The notes under the pieces are model-generated. The model was given only the letters and a program-made list of their open reading frames with translations, ran no database searches and had not been told where the DNA came from. From Burkholderiales bacterium (GTDB taxonomy: Bacteria > Pseudomonadota > Gammaproteobacteria > Burkholderiales > JAHFRG01): a DNA stretch of 64,000 nt. Numbering within the stretch: the first letter of the stretch is position 1; every line of letters starts with the position of its first letter. Positions 38,749 to 48,419 of the stretch are shown here, one piece after another. The stretch covers positions 1,021-65,020 of the forward strand of contig DATDGC010000073.1 of assembly GCA_036522275.1 (NCBI GenBank), in the 5' to 3' direction. The position numbers were made by a program, and so were the translations under genes.

Positions 38749-39023
38749 GGAACCTCTGATTAAGCCCTGCGCAGTTGCGACGGTGGCTTTCAGGGGTGGG
38801 ATACGCGAAGCGAGGTGCAGCCAAGGGTTACTCCCCTTGGCAAGCCGAGCGACAAAGCAGACCGTCCGGACAAGCCCCGTCCCTCTGGGTTGCGGCAAAA
38901 TACGGCGTCTGCGTCGTTGCGATCCTCGGCTTCGTAGTTCAAGCTACGACCTTCGTCGCGCGCCTCGCATCCATCTGCATTTTGCCGACAACGCAATCCG
39001 TGGAGGACTTAATCAGAGGTTCC
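38749..39023. repeat. 275-bp TIR-bounded dispersed element, copy B
   Basis: Bounded by GGAACCTCTGATTAAGCC and GGACTTAATCAGAGGTTCC. The internal core CCCCGTCCCTCTGGGTTGCGGC is shared with copy C. It fills the pbpG-stop to egtD-like-start gap exactly. Confidence 0.75.
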
Positions 39024-40043
39024 CTAACTTGAGTGCGGTTTGTATGCAAAGCTGGTTTCAATCCATCTTTTAATGCGGTTGGCGTCGGCGATGCGGGTGT
39101 ATTTGCCCCATGAATCCAGCAATACGATGATCACCGCCTGCTGTGCGATTTTTGCCTGCATCACCAGACAGCGTCCGGAATCGTGGATATAGCCGGTCTT
39201 GGACAACCCGATATCCCAGCTCTTGCTCTTGACCAACAGATTGGAATTATGAAAAGGCAGGTTGCGCGACTTGCGTTGCGCCACCGCATGCGAGTGCGCA
39301 GTGGTGTATTCGCGTATCAGTTCGTAGCCGTAGCTCGCTTTCACCATCTTTACCAAATCCTGCGCCGTGGAAACATTGCCTCTGTTTAGGCCGGTAGGAT
39401 CCACGAACCGAGTATCCATCATGCCCAAAGCCTCCGCCTTGCGGTTCATCACCGCGACAAAAGCCGGCACACCACCGGGATATGCGCGCGCCAAAGCAGC
39501 AGCGGCGCGGTTTTCCGAAGCCATCAGCGCCAGCTGCAACAGTTCGTCGCGCGTGAGCGTCATCCCGACATTGAGCTTGGAACGGGTGCCGCGCAAAGTA
39601 TCCACGTCTTGCTTCTCGATGGTAATTTGCTCATCCAGCGGCAATTGCGCATCGAGTATTACCATAGCCGTCATCAGTTTAGTAATCGATGCGATCGGCA
39701 TGGGCACGTCGGTATTCTTGGAGTAGAGCGGCCGCTCCTGCTCCTGATTTACCACTATAGCAGAGGCGGAACGCATGCCGCGCAGCTTAGCCGGATCGGG
39801 CGGCGGCAAGTCGGGCTGCACTTCGGCAATGGGCTGCGAGGCGCGCTCGGATTGTACTGCTTCCTGCGCGACATCGAGCGGGAGTAATGCCGGCTGCGCC
39901 TCAACGGGCGCCTGAACCGCCGGTTGCTCGTCTTGCGGCACAACCTCCTCCTCGGCGGCAAACACTCCCGTCGTCAACAACAGCAAGCCGAGAATAAGAA
40001 ATTTTTTCTGCATTGTTTTGTATCTTAAGTTAATGAAACGCAA
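39024..40043 (-). CDS. pbpG: D-alanyl-D-alanine endopeptidase (PBP7-like, S11 family)
   Basis: 339 aa with a signal peptide and the SITK, SEN and KTG motifs in order. Confidence 0.85.
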   Translation of the reverse strand: MRFINLRYKTMQKKFLILGLLLLTTGVFAAEEEVVPQDEQPAVQAPVEAQPALLPLDVAQEAVQSERASQPIAEVQPDLPPPDPAKLRGMRSASAIVVNQEQERPLYSKNTDVPMPIASITKLMTAMVILDAQLPLDEQITIEKQDVDTLRGTRSKLNVGMTLTRDELLQLALMASENRAAAALARAYPGGVPAFVAVMNRKAEALGMMDTRFVDPTGLNRGNVSTAQDLVKMVKASYGYELIREYTTAHSHAVAQRKSRNLPFHNSNLLVKSKSWDIGLSKTGYIHDSGRCLVMQAKIAQQAVIIVLLDSWGKYTRIADANRIKRWIETSFAYKPHSS

Positions 40044-40161
40044 CGGCTTTCCCTGGTTCCCTTAAAGCCAGCGCCAATGATCGCAGCTAAAACAACAAAA
40101 ATCAAGGTCTAAGTTCACATTTGTGACCAAGATTTTAAGGGTGATACCGACCTCATTGATT

Positions 40162-40474
40162 TTACAGATAAGGTCCACACATAAGGCTTGGGTTGTGCCC
40201 TTGGAGGGAGGTTTCCTCTTCGAAAAAACCCGCAATCAGGCGCGCACCGCTTCCACCTGGTGTGAGCTGTTTCCTTCCTTGTTGCGCGGCTTCTTCCTGC
40301 TGCTGCAGCGCCCACATGTGCGCGTAGGCACCCTGATTTTCCAAAAGCTCGTGATGGGTGTCACTCTCGATGATGCGACCGTGGTCCATCACCAGAATCT
40401 GTTCGGCATCAACCATGGTGGACAGTCGGTGGGTGATGGTAAGCGTGGTTGCGCCTGAGTTCCATTTGAATTAA
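40162..40474 (-). pseudogene. displaced 3' fragment of an Atm1-like ABC transporter gene
   Basis: Encodes ...DAEQILVMDHGRIIESDTHHELLENQGAYAHMWALQQQEEA. About 40287-40474 aligns at roughly 90% identity (by eye, one 14-nt indel) with 50445-50646 of the intact gene. Walker motifs and the TMD are absent. Confidence 0.75.
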
Positions 40475-40483
40475 AGACTGAGA

Positions 40484-40497
40484 GGACAGACCACTAA
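40484..40497. repeat. left copy of a perfect 14-bp inverted repeat (GGACAGACCACTAA)
   Basis: Exact reverse complement of 49409-49422. It lies 9 nt from the end of the ABC-fragment homology and 34 nt downstream of the last phosphonate gene. Confidence 0.5.
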
Positions 40498-40530
40498 CCC
40501 GATTGCGAAGCGCGCGGGCGGTGGGGAACG

Positions 40531-41631
40531 CTACCGCGCCTGAGCACCGCTGTGTCGCGCCGGGCTGAGCAGCGCGGCCACCGCGTCCAGAAACCGCTGT
40601 ATGTCCGCGGCGTCGACGACGCCCATGGTCGAGACGCGGAAGATGGACGCCGCCAGCTTGCCCTGGCCGGCGTAGATGACGAAGCCCCGCAGTTTGAGGC
40701 CGTCGTGCAGCGCGGCGTAGTCCAGGCCGTCGGGCAGGTGATAGGCCCGCAGGACCACAGAGCGCTCGCCTTCCCGCAAGAGCGGCACCACACCGAGACG
40801 GACGAGGCCCTCTTCCACCGCCTCGGCAAGACGGCGGTAACATTCGTGGCGTATGCGCCATCCGCCCTGATCCTCGAACTCGCGCAGTGCTTCGCGCAGC
40901 GCGTAGAAGATGGGCACGGCGGGCGTGAAGGCGGTGTCGCGGGCGTCCTGGGCGCGGCAATGCCGTGCCAGATCCAGGTACACGCTGCGGCCGCCGTCCC
41001 CGTCGGGCAGCGCGTCCCGGCGCAAAATCACGAAGCTCACGCCCGGCGCGCCGTGCAGGCATTTGTTGGCGCTGGCGACGCAGGCCGTCACGCCCCAGGC
41101 GTCGAATTCCAGCGCTTCCGCACCGAAGCTGCTCACCGCATCCACCAGCAGCGCAATGTTACGCTCCCGGCACAGGCGGCCCACCGCTGCGACATCGTTC
41201 AGCCGCCCGGTGGTGGTTTCGTGCTGCACGACGGCCACGTGGGTAAAGCCCGGTTGCGCGTCCAGATGCCGGGCCAGCGCGTCCAGGTCCACTGGCGTGC
41301 CCCACGCCTGACGCGCTACCGCGTGGGCGATGCCGTGGCAGCCGGCGATATCCGCCAGACGCGCACCGTAGACGCCGTTCTCGATCACCAGCAGCCTTCC
41401 GTCCCGCGGCACCAGGCTCACGAGCATGGCTTCCACCGCCGCCGTGCCGGAACCGGACACCAGCACCGGCGCCCAGCTCTCCGGCGGCAGCGGATAGACT
41501 TCCAGCAGCCGGCGGCGAATCTCGTCCTGCAGCTCGCCGAATTCCCGCTCCCGGTGGCACAGGTCGGGCAGCGTCAGCGCCACGCGCACCCGTTCGGTCA
41601 GGTTCACGGGCCCGGGGTTGAGAAGAATCAT
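40531..41631 (-). CDS. phnW: 2-aminoethylphosphonate:pyruvate aminotransferase
   Basis: ORF-track 40531..41646 trimmed to MILLNPGPV, giving an ATGA overlap with ppd. Class-V aminotransferase with the PLP-lysine region ASANKCLHGAPGVSF, as in PhnW/AepZ. Confidence 0.85.
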   Translation of the reverse strand: MILLNPGPVNLTERVRVALTLPDLCHREREFGELQDEIRRRLLEVYPLPPESWAPVLVSGSGTAAVEAMLVSLVPRDGRLLVIENGVYGARLADIAGCHGIAHAVARQAWGTPVDLDALARHLDAQPGFTHVAVVQHETTTGRLNDVAAVGRLCRERNIALLVDAVSSFGAEALEFDAWGVTACVASANKCLHGAPGVSFVILRRDALPDGDGGRSVYLDLARHCRAQDARDTAFTPAVPIFYALREALREFEDQGGWRIRHECYRRLAEAVEEGLVRLGVVPLLREGERSVVLRAYHLPDGLDYAALHDGLKLRGFVIYAGQGKLAASIFRVSTMGVVDAADIQRFLDAVAALLSPARHSGAQAR

Positions 41632-42812
41632 GATGTCTTTGCGCATGGGTGGGCGGACAGCGACGGGCTGCCGATATGGTTCATGAGCCGGCGTAGCACG
41701 TCGGCGGGAGCCAGTCCCGGCCGGGGCGGTGTGGCCGCCACCCCCGGCGCGATCTTGAGGTGGACAAACACCGGTCCGATGCCGTTTCGCCCCTGTAGCG
41801 CCTCGTCGAGCAGCGACAGGTTGTCGCCCTCCGAAACTTCCGCGTAGCCGCAGGCGGCAGCAATGGCGGCAAACGAGATGTCCCGCGCCACGGTGGCTTG
41901 GCCGCCGGTGGAATCGTGCACCTCGTTGTCCAGCAGCACGTGCAGCAGGTTCCGCGGACGGTAAGCGCCGATGGTGGCCAGGTTGCCCATACGCATGAGC
42001 GCCGCGCCGTCGCCGTCCAGCACTACCACCCGCAGGTCCGGACGCGTGAGAGCCAGGCCCAGCCCGAACGAGGACGCGCAGCCCATGGAACCTACCATGT
42101 AGAGCTGATGAGCGTGGTCCCCCAGGGCGTACAGCTCGCGGCCGGTGTAGCCAGTGGTGGCGATCACCACGTTGTTGCGCTTCGGCACGAGCCGGGCGAC
42201 GCGCTCCAGCGCTTCGATGCGGCTCGGCCGCACCGCCGGTGGTGAGCGCCAGGCGCTACGCGGGGCCGCCCGCGGGGAGCGCGGCGGCGCTTCCACCGGC
42301 GCGGGCTTGCACGGCGCGAACCGGCCTTTGCGCACCAACAGAGCGTACGGGCGCTCGCGCTCGCCGATCGAGGCGTCCGCCTGCGCCAGCGCTTGGGCCA
42401 GCGCCTGGGGCGAGTCCGGCAGGTATGCCCAGGGGATCTCCATGATGTCCAGCAGCGCCGGGGTGATACGCCCCATCAGCGCGTGCTGCGGCTCATCGGC
42501 TACTCCCGGCTCGCCGCGCACGGTGACCAGCAGCAGCACCGGGATGCGAAACACATGGGTGAGCGAAGTCAGCGGGCTCACCGCGTTGCCGAGGCCCGAA
42601 TTCTGCATCAGCGCGATGCTGCGCCGGCCGCCCACCCAGGCACCGGCGGCGGCGGCCACCGCATCACCTTCGTTGGCCGAGGACACGTAGGTAAGCGCCG
42701 GGTCGGTGTTTACGTGGTTGATCAACCCAGTGAAAAACGAGCACGGCAACCCGGCGTACCAGCGATAACCCAGTGCCGCCGCCTGCAGCGCGAACTCGGC
42801 CGGCTCGATCAC
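41628..42812 (-). CDS. ppd: phosphonopyruvate decarboxylase (ThDP-dependent)
   Basis: ORF-track 41628..43163 trimmed to the Val118 codon (GTG), giving a GTGA overlap with the pepM stop. The N-terminus is [27 protein letters not shown], and [13 protein letters not shown]...LDN is the ThDP motif. Confidence 0.85.
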   Translation of the reverse strand: MIEPAEFALQAAALGYRWYAGLPCSFFTGLINHVNTDPALTYVSSANEGDAVAAAAGAWVGGRRSIALMQNSGLGNAVSPLTSLTHVFRIPVLLLVTVRGEPGVADEPQHALMGRITPALLDIMEIPWAYLPDSPQALAQALAQADASIGERERPYALLVRKGRFAPCKPAPVEAPPRSPRAAPRSAWRSPPAVRPSRIEALERVARLVPKRNNVVIATTGYTGRELYALGDHAHQLYMVGSMGCASSFGLGLALTRPDLRVVVLDGDGAALMRMGNLATIGAYRPRNLLHVLLDNEVHDSTGGQATVARDISFAAIAAACGYAEVSEGDNLSLLDEALQGRNGIGPVFVHLKIAPGVAATPPRPGLAPADVLRRLMNHIGSPSLSAHPCAKTS

Positions 42813-44470
42813 GAAAGCGGCCCTTCGCACTCGCCCGCGCTGCTTAGCCCGTGGGCGAAATCGACGGCGCGGCGCAGATCGTCCGGGTTGTTCACGTCCA
42901 GCCAGTGGCCGTTCACGTACAGCACCTGCACGGGGTGCCCACTGTCGATCAGATAATTGAGCAGGTCCGGCAACCCGAGCTGCGTGAAGTCGGGCCGCTT
43001 GCCCAGCGCGTCCAGCGCCTGCAGTAGCCACCGGCGGCCGGCGCCCTGTACCCGCAGCATGCCGATCCACTGCCCGCTCGCCACGCCGGGCCCGGGCCGG
43101 GCGTTCACCCGTAGCAGCCGCACCTCCTGGCGGAACAAGGAGCGGTCGTCGGGGACCGAGCAATAGGCCAGGTCGCGCTGGCGCTCCGCCGGCACCGGCG
43201 AGGAATCCACCACCACCGCCACCTCTGCCGGGGTTTCCAGCAAGTCGCGCAGTATGTAGCTGCGAAACAGCAGGTCACCGTAGCTCACCACCGTATCCTT
43301 GCCGATGGCATCGCGGGCGCAGGCGAGGGAGGCAAGTTCGCCGCTCTCGGCATGGCCGCGGTTGTGCACGATCTTGATCCCCACCATGTCGATGGCCTGC
43401 GCCTTGTAGCCGGCGACCACGGTGATGTTGTTGACGGACTGCCGCTTGAACTCGTCCACCAGTCTCCGCAACAGCGGCCGTCCCGCCACCGGCAGCATGG
43501 CCTTGGGACGGTCCTCGGTCAGCGTGTCCATACCCTCGCCGCGACTGGCAGCCAGCACCAGCGCCGACAGGTCACGACCGGCTGCGGCGTACTGGCGCTC
43601 CGCCGCCAGCAGTTCGTCCGCCGACTGCAGCCGGAAAATCTCGTTGACCGGCGCGATCCGGTCCTCCACGTTCACCAGCGTCTGGGTGGTGTGGATCTCG
43701 CGGGTGAGCTCCTGCATGGCTGACACAGCCGCGCGCAGCGTGTGGTTGGCCCAGATGACGAGGCGGATGCCTGCGGCGCGGAACACGTCGGTGGGGGTGC
43801 TGTAGTACTTGGTGGGAACGATGACCAGCGGCGAGCGCCCGGCCCACTCCCTGGAGAAGGCAAGAATTTCATCGGCACTGCTTTTCTTGCTGTGGATCAG
43901 AATAGCGTCGGCGCCGGCTTGGCGGTACGCCTCGGCGCGGCGCAGGGCCTCGTCCAGGCCCCAGCCCGCGATCAGCGCCTCCACCCGCGCGACGATGACG
44001 AAATCCGGATCCTTCTGGCTGTCCTTTCCGGCGCGGATCTTGCCCTGAAACTCGGCGACGTCGGCCAGCGGTTGGCGATGGCCGTTGATGAAGCTGTTGG
44101 TTTTGGGGAACAGCTTGTCCTCGATGCACACGCCGGCGATGCCCCGCTGCTCCAGCTTCTGCACCAGGCGGCGCATGTTGTTGAAGTCGCCGTAGCCAGT
44201 GTCGCCGTCGATGAGGATGGGAATGCGGCTGGCATCGGACATGAACTCCAGCATGTCCACCACCTGGGTCCAGCTCGCCTCGTTGTTGTCGCGCACCCCG
44301 AACTGGGCGGAGAGGGTGAGCCCGCTGGCCCAGATGCCCTTGAAGCCGGCCTCCTCGACGATGCGGGCGCTGATGCCGTTATGCGCCTCCATGAGGAACT
44401 CCAGCTCGGAAGAGTTGAGAAGCGCGCGCAGGGCAGCGGCTTTGGTGGGGTGGGGTGGGGGTCTGTCCAT
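42809..44470 (-). CDS. pepM: phosphoenolpyruvate mutase fused to a C-terminal nucleotidyltransferase (PntC/LicC-like)
   Basis: ORF-track 42809..44818 trimmed to Met117 ([18 protein letters not shown]). [10 protein letters not shown] matches the PepM-diagnostic EDKX5NS motif, and DGDTGYG is present. The C-terminal 250 aa or so has an NTP-transferase fold ([11 protein letters not shown]...[12 protein letters not shown]). Confidence 0.9.
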   Translation of the reverse strand: MDRPPPHPTKAAALRALLNSSELEFLMEAHNGISARIVEEAGFKGIWASGLTLSAQFGVRDNNEASWTQVVDMLEFMSDASRIPILIDGDTGYGDFNNMRRLVQKLEQRGIAGVCIEDKLFPKTNSFINGHRQPLADVAEFQGKIRAGKDSQKDPDFVIVARVEALIAGWGLDEALRRAEAYRQAGADAILIHSKKSSADEILAFSREWAGRSPLVIVPTKYYSTPTDVFRAAGIRLVIWANHTLRAAVSAMQELTREIHTTQTLVNVEDRIAPVNEIFRLQSADELLAAERQYAAAGRDLSALVLAASRGEGMDTLTEDRPKAMLPVAGRPLLRRLVDEFKRQSVNNITVVAGYKAQAIDMVGIKIVHNRGHAESGELASLACARDAIGKDTVVSYGDLLFRSYILRDLLETPAEVAVVVDSSPVPAERQRDLAYCSVPDDRSLFRQEVRLLRVNARPGPGVASGQWIGMLRVQGAGRRWLLQALDALGKRPDFTQLGLPDLLNYLIDSGHPVQVLYVNGHWLDVNNPDDLRRAVDFAHGLSSAGECEGPLS

Positions 44471-44499
44471 AAATGGTTCCTTGAAGAAGAGCGCGGTGT

Positions 44500-45252
44500 T
44501 TACCACTGCAATCGGGGGAGTATCTCCAGGCGGGCGCGCTCGACGTCGTCGGGAAAGTCGATCTCTATCCAGGGCAGGCCGGTGACATCTTCTACTCCGA
44601 ACTGGCGCGGCCCGGCCTCCAGCATCAGGTCCCGCAAGGCCTCTTCGTGGGGCTCCTGACCGCGGCCCGTTTCCAGGTAGACTGAGGCCCGCGCCACCAG
44701 CGCGCGGCAGGTTTGCCTGGACAGGCGAAAGAAGCCTACCGACTCGCCGCAGACATCGAATGCGAGATTCGGCGCGACCTGCTTCCTGAATTCGACGATG
44801 CGTCCGTCGCGAACGCACACCTTCACCGGCTCGTCGCCGGGCTCGAAGTTCCGGTCCAGCAGCAGGCAGTCGGGCTGCCGGGAGTCCACCAGCGCACGCA
44901 GTATACGCTCATCGTAAAGCAAGTCGGCGTCCATGAGCAGCGTGTCCCGTCCCGTCAGCAGCGGTGCGCGGGCGTGCCACACGGTGACGATGCTGCCGAG
45001 CTGATAATCCGGATTGAACACGGTATCAGCGGCCAGCGCCTCCGGCAGCCGCGCCAGCTCTGCACGCACCTGATCCGCCGCGTAGCCGACCGCCACCCAC
45101 ACGTCAGCCACGCCGCACTCGCGCAACAGGTGGAGATGGCGTTCCAGCAGGCTCCGCCCGCCGAAGCGCAGCAGGCATTTCGGAACGGCGCTGGACTGCG
45201 CATCCTGCGCCAGCCGCGTACCCCGGCCGGCTGCGAGTATCACCGCCTGCAT
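44500..45252 (-). CDS. stand-alone LicC/MobA-like nucleotidyltransferase
   Basis: ORF-track 44500..45285 trimmed to [14 protein letters not shown] (G-loop) followed by PKCLL. Confidence 0.75.
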   Translation of the reverse strand: MQAVILAAGRGTRLAQDAQSSAVPKCLLRFGGRSLLERHLHLLRECGVADVWVAVGYAADQVRAELARLPEALAADTVFNPDYQLGSIVTVWHARAPLLTGRDTLLMDADLLYDERILRALVDSRQPDCLLLDRNFEPGDEPVKVCVRDGRIVEFRKQVAPNLAFDVCGESVGFFRLSRQTCRALVARASVYLETGRGQEPHEEALRDLMLEAGPRQFGVEDVTGLPWIEIDFPDDVERARLEILPRLQW

Positions 45253-45294
45253 GGCACTCACCGTCGGGCGCGCGCGCCCGGCCAACGTGCCCGC

Positions 45295-46062
45295 TCAGAC
45301 ACGGAACACGTACTGCTTGCCGGGGTCGCGTTCGCAGTCGGGCGGGTAGCTCGCGCGCTTGTCGGCGTAGTAGCGCGCGCGCTGATCCCCTTCCGACAGT
45401 CTGTTGTAGGTGACGTAGAGCACCCGTCGCGGCCGGTCGCTCAGGTTGGCGTCCGAGCGATGGGGCGTGAACGAATCGAAGAACGCCACGTCGCCGGGAG
45501 CGGTCTCGTAGGGCACAAAGTCCATGCTCGCGGTCACTTCGTCCGGCAGCGGCGCCCAGCTCGGGCCAAGCTGCCCCTCCCGGTGGCGCCCGGCCACCAG
45601 CTCCAGGCAGCCGTTGGCCCGGGTCGCGGCGTCGATGCTGATGAGCGCGGTAATGTACAGGCTGGCGTAACGGTCCCATCCGGCCTGGACATCCTGGTGG
45701 GGTGTGAAGCCACCGCCGCCCGGCAGCTTGAAGTTGATCTTGTCCTTAAATATGACCGCCGGCTCGCCGAATAACTGGGCCATCGCGTCCCTCAGTCCCG
45801 GGCCGGTGAGCAGACGGTCCAGGCCGGCGTGGTACGGGCAGTAGTTTTCGATCCGGTTAAGCAGCCGCCGCCCCGGCTCCACGCTGCTCTGCTCAAAATA
45901 CATCATGTACTTGCCCGGCACCTCGGGATAGGTCGCAACCTCGTCGACCCAGGCCTTAATGCGCGCCATAGCGTCGCCTGGGTACAGGCCGCGAACGATC
46001 ACGAAACCGTCGCGTTGAAACGATTTGATCTGGTCTTGGGACAAGGGCTGGTTCATGGTCAT
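45295..46062 (-). CDS. phytanoyl-CoA dioxygenase (PhyH)-family Fe(II)/2OG oxygenase
   Basis: ORF-track 45295..46845 trimmed to MTMNQPLSQDQIKSFQRDGFVIV (255 aa). HQD plus a distal TPHRS His form the facial-triad pattern. Confidence 0.8.
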   Translation of the reverse strand: MTMNQPLSQDQIKSFQRDGFVIVRGLYPGDAMARIKAWVDEVATYPEVPGKYMMYFEQSSVEPGRRLLNRIENYCPYHAGLDRLLTGPGLRDAMAQLFGEPAVIFKDKINFKLPGGGGFTPHQDVQAGWDRYASLYITALISIDAATRANGCLELVAGRHREGQLGPSWAPLPDEVTASMDFVPYETAPGDVAFFDSFTPHRSDANLSDRPRRVLYVTYNRLSEGDQRARYYADKRASYPPDCERDPGKQYVFRV

Positions 46063-46091
46063 CCGTCGGTTCAATGCATCCGCATCGCGCA

Positions 46092-46703
46092 TCAACTCGC
46101 CGCTCCGGTTCGGGCGCAATTGCGCAGCAGTTTCCAGTAGAAAAACACCGCAAACACCGGTGCGCCCACTGCCGCCACCGACAGGAGCTCCTCCGCCAGC
46201 CCGAACCAGATCAGGGTCGGCACGGCGAGTATTCCGTCGTCGGGATCGAAGCCAGCTGCTCCACCAAGCTCCGCCGCGCGTGCGCCCCGTAGCGCCTCCA
46301 GACGCAGCGTGAGAAAAAGAATCGCGGCAACGGCAAGGCCGGCCAGCACGCCCATCGGGATCGCCCGCCATTCCAGGGACCCGCCCGAGAGCCCGACGCC
46401 TAGCCCGATGAATACCAGCGTGTTGCACAGGCCGTCGGTCACCAGGTCGTACTTGTGGCCGAACACGCTCCTCTTTCCGGACTGGCGCGCCAGCTCGCCA
46501 TCGGCCCGATCGAGCAGCATGGACAGCACGAACACCCCTGCCCCCCAGGCCAGCGCTGCCGGGCTGCCGACGGCTAATATGGCGCTGGCTCCGAGACCGG
46601 TGAGCAGGCGCAGGGTGGTCAGGTGATTCGGCGCCACCGGAGTGTGGACCAGCGGCCGCACGCCGACCCGCACCAGGCGGTGGATCCAGGTGTTGTGACT
46701 CAC
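46092..46703 (-). CDS. CDP-alcohol phosphatidyltransferase-family membrane protein (copy 1)
   Basis: 203 aa. DRADGELARQSGKRSVFGHKYDLVTD fits D-x2-DG-x2-AR-x8-G-x3-D-x3-D. Multi-pass hydrophobic protein. Confidence 0.8.
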   Translation of the reverse strand: MSHNTWIHRLVRVGVRPLVHTPVAPNHLTTLRLLTGLGASAILAVGSPAALAWGAGVFVLSMLLDRADGELARQSGKRSVFGHKYDLVTDGLCNTLVFIGLGVGLSGGSLEWRAIPMGVLAGLAVAAILFLTLRLEALRGARAAELGGAAGFDPDDGILAVPTLIWFGLAEELLSVAAVGAPVFAVFFYWKLLRNCARTGAAS

Positions 46704-47086
46704 GACGCGGACTCGATGCGGGCTGTACCTGCCCGTCGCAAGGCCCTCGAGCGTGCCAGAGGATACCAGAAATCGGGGTGGGCGCCGGTCTTCTTGAGAT
46801 CAGGTCGGTTCTGTTTGTGCCGCGTCTCGAGCAGCGACGTGGCATTCGATGTGGATATGGCTCGTTCTACCTTCAACTGTGTGCGGCCACGCTGGCCCCG
46901 GTCCTGTATTAGGGTTTTCCCTTAGATTCTACCAGAAACTCGAAGTGCGGCACCGATCAGTGCTGGCCCGGCGTCGCGTGAGGTTACACTAAAGCACGAA
47001 TCGATCGTTCCAGGGGAGACTGCGGATGAGAAGCTTCACGCTGGCGCTGCTGGCGGGGGCCGACGATGCGCCCGTGGCCAAGGGGC

Positions 47087-47296
47087 TTACTTCGGGCGCA
47101 GGTCGGGAAAGAAGGCGACCAACTGCATCGCGAGTCCCATGTCCCCCGCGATCTTCAATCGCCCGCAGAGCAACGCCGACATGCCGCTCATCCCCTCTAG
47201 GATCGCGATGCAATCCTCCCCCGCCATCGACAGCGTGACGTTCGCCAGTGACACATGAGCGGGCAGATCATGTGCGGCTCCATTCAGCAAGAATGC
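47087..47296 (-). pseudogene. probable SCP2 (sterol-carrier/lipid-binding) domain remnant
   Basis: Only the C-terminal half of the domain is recognisable (ANVTLSMAGEDCIAILEGMSGMSALLCGRLKIAGDMGLAMQLVAFF). The upstream part of ORF 47087..47431 overlaps the GT9 3' end and does not look like SCP2. Confidence 0.35.
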
Positions 47297-48419
47297 GCTC
47301 CACGCGCTCGATGACCATCTGTGACGTGACGCCTTGCATGCAGGCATGATCGTGCGGACATTGGGACAACCGTCGGTAGTTGCATGGCGAACAGGGTAAC
47401 TCCAATCGCACAATCGAATCGGGACGGCCATACGGCCCGATGCAGACCGGGTCAGTCGGACCGAAGATGCTCACGACCGGTCTGTTCAACGCCGCGGCCA
47501 GATGCATAGGTCCGGAATCGTTGGTGACGCAGATTGCTGCGCGCTGAATAAGCGCCGCAAGATGGGCCGGTGTCGTTTGTCCGGCAAGGTCACGGGCTCC
47601 CGGACAGGTTGACGCAACTTTCTGACACAACTGCTGCTCGCGCGGCGATCCAGCCAGTGCAACGGCATAGCCTTGATTCAGAAAATACCGGGCGACGTCC
47701 TTATAGCCATCCAGTCGCCAGTGCTTGGTTTCCCAGACTGTGCCCGGCATCAGTAGCGCCAACGGTTTGCCGAGAAGATCGTGTTGACCGAGCAATTGTT
47801 CGACGTCCGGCAAAGCATCAGGCGGCAAATAGATGCGAAAGTCAGGCGGCGAATCATCGAGGCCAAGTATCGGTCCGATCCACAAGTAGCGATCGGCGGC
47901 ATGCACAGCCAGCGTCGGGATTGGAATGCGATGGGTGTAGGCAAGCCATGAGCCTTCACGCGAACCAGCCCAGCCTCGGTCCGGGACGTTTTTGTCACCG
48001 CCCCGCTCGTAACCGCTATCTTCGCGTCGCACAGGTCCACGAAAACCGATGCGTACAGACGCGCCGCTGGCCATGACGAACAGCGCCGAGCGAAGCTGGC
48101 CGTGCATATCAATCACGAGGTCATAATGCGCGCGACGGATTTGTCTCAGCAGGCGAAACAATCCGGTGGTGGCATCCCAACTGCGGCCAAAGTGCGCAAA
48201 TTCGTGCCGGTCGAACAAAATAATGTTGGTTAAGGCGGGATGGCAGCGTATCAGCTCGGCGTTTTGCGGCGTAAGAAACCAATCGATCTGCGCCCTTGGG
48301 TAACGCGCGCGTAATTTGACGAGCAACGGGATGGTGTGGATCACGTCCCCCAAGGCTGAAGGTTTGATCAACAGAATCCGTTCGAACTCTATTGTGCGAA
48401 GCGGTGACGCCAATTCCAA
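47268..48419 (-). CDS. glycosyltransferase family 9 (heptosyltransferase-like)
   Basis: 383 aa. ILLIKPSALGDVIHTIPLL N-terminus and NDSGPMHLAAAL C-terminal motif. Confidence 0.8.
   Translation of the reverse strand: MELASPLRTIEFERILLIKPSALGDVIHTIPLLVKLRARYPRAQIDWFLTPQNAELIRCHPALTNIILFDRHEFAHFGRSWDATTGLFRLLRQIRRAHYDLVIDMHGQLRSALFVMASGASVRIGFRGPVRREDSGYERGGDKNVPDRGWAGSREGSWLAYTHRIPIPTLAVHAADRYLWIGPILGLDDSPPDFRIYLPPDALPDVEQLLGQHDLLGKPLALLMPGTVWETKHWRLDGYKDVARYFLNQGYAVALAGSPREQQLCQKVASTCPGARDLAGQTTPAHLAALIQRAAICVTNDSGPMHLAAALNRPVVSIFGPTDPVCIGPYGRPDSIVRLELPCSPCNYRRLSQCPHDHACMQGVTSQMVIERVERILAEWSRT

Noticed and set aside
41628-46845. Long N-terminal extensions in ORF-track models 41628..43163, 42809..44818 and 45295..46845 (and 49463..50311).
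   Set aside because: The extensions are Arg/Pro/Gly/Ala-rich, overlap the preceding genes extensively and precede clear family N-termini. Internal starts give 4-nt coupled overlaps and normal protein lengths.
47087-47431. An intact 114-aa SCP2-domain gene.
   Set aside because: Only the C-terminal 50-60 residues resemble SCP2. The N-terminal half is the alternative frame of the GT9 gene's 3' end. I treat it as a remnant.
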